The position numbers and the translations under genes were made by a program. Positions 62,746 to 64,000 of a stretch of DNA of 64,000 nt are shown piece after piece (the first letter of the stretch is position 1; each line of letters opens with the position of its first letter). The notes beneath the pieces were generated by a model. That model made no database searches. It was not told the origin of the DNA and saw only the letters and a list, made by a program, of their open reading frames with translations. The stretch comes from Lama guanicoe. Taxonomy: Eukaryota. The DNA lies in assembly GCA_013239625.1 (NCBI GenBank), contig MU053561.1, positions 2,826-66,825 of the forward strand, read 5' to 3'.

Positions 62746-64000
62746 GTTTCAAAAAGTGCTAGGAAGTCATGGTAGTTATAATTAAATGATGCCAAGTATT
62801 TGTTATGTATTGAACATCACACATGCAATTAGAACAATGTCTAGCACATAAGGAACATCATTATTGTATCTGAACTAGAGAGCAAAACAATACATTGTCT
62901 TCAAGCGTCTCTAACAGAGATTAACACGGGATATTGCAGAATCTCTTTCCAATCCTGCCCTTCCTCTCCATCCCTGATGGTTACCACCCAAGGTGGGACT
63001 CACTTCTTCCTTCTCACTGGGATCAGAGTAAACAGTCTCAGAACTGGTCTCCCCAACCCCTGTCTCTCCACCATGTAAATCCTTCCCAGAGAAATCTCTG
63101 ATTATTTTACTCCCTTTACTCAAAAAGCTTCTAACGGTTTTTAACAGCACAGCCACTGAATTTTACACAACTCAGCTTGAGAATGGAGCCTATTCAAATT
63201 TGACCTCAGCCCACCCATCCAGCTCTATCTCCTGTCACGTGCCACCAGCCTAACTGGGATTTCCCACATGCGTCCTAGGTTTTCCAGGTGCTGTGTCACT
63301 GTTCTCCTTCGCTTTCACCACTAAAGGCCAAATCCCTTGTGAAGCCTCACTTTATCTCTCCCACTAAAAGTCATTTCTTATGCCTCTGATTTTTCATATC
63401 ATTCTTTTTGTACTTCAATATTGACACACGTTTTATGCCAAGTATTTCTGTGTTTTTACCTTCTTCAGTGACAGATTCCCTTGGGACAGAGGCAAATGGC
63501 AGTGTGGTAGAACTATCTGGAGGTGCTGGTTGTCAGCTTATGCCTTTCAGCTTTGTGATGCTGGGACGTGGGTTTCAGGACAGGCAGACCTAGAAAGGTA
63601 GATATCCCTTTCTGCCACTTACTAGCTGGGTGACCTATTTTGTGTAAGTTACCTAATCTCTAAGAACCTAATTTCCTCATCTATAAAATGGGGTTAGAAG
63701 ATTTACCTTGAGGGTTGTAGTGAGGGGTAAGTGAAATAAGGTAGGTAAAGAACCCAGCGCCGTGCTGAATTCAAATATCCAGTAGCTGTGACTAACTGGA
63801 GGCCCCCACGGCGTTTTGCAACTGTGTGTAGTAAATGCACTGAATGAGTGAACCAACCAACCAACCAACTGGAACAGATGAATACAGGCAGAAGTACCAT
63901 CACAACATGTGCATGGAATAAAAAGGGGACTGGTTCAGTTCAAACATCCCCAGCTCCAGGAAAACTTGCCCCCCGTCAGAATTTAAACATTTCTTTCTCT

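Noticed and set aside
58300..64000. Search for the upstream CM1 exon (HLNDLKKENFSLKLRIYFLEE)
   Set aside because: Not found; presumably beyond the window end, so absence is not evidence of loss
1..64000. CRISPR arrays, rRNA, operons or prokaryotic defence systems
   Set aside because: The window is intron-rich mammalian DNA with no such structures visible

Overview
Mammalian genomic DNA, probably camelid (five copies of a tRNA-Ala-derived, vic-1-like SINE). The whole window lies inside PDE4DIP (myomegalin) on the minus strand. I reconstructed 20 coding exons from splice sites and reading phase. Four upstream exons (51684 to 44868) belong to the long CM1-type isoforms, whose first exons lie beyond position 64000. 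An internal CpG-island promoter precedes a large alternative first exon (1125 coding nt, MKEICRIC...). Fifteen shared coiled-coil exons follow, the last being a composite exon whose read-through ends the short EB1-binding isoform (SMYLE/MMG8/EB-MMG), complete here at a predicted 1117 aa. Introns hold a near-full-length dead L1 with a nested younger L1 fragment, other L1/L2/MIR remnants, LTRs and hAT elements. I found no wholly new biological system. Best leads: a candidate internal first exon with TATA box (4976-5404), a perfect 21-bp inverted repeat bracketing three exons, an in-frame uORF abutting an upstream ATG, a cryptic exon cluster, a 9-aa in-frame deletion, a GC-AG intron and two orphan TSD-flanked retro-insertions. 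Comparisons with human protein and repeat consensus sequences are from memory, not database searches.
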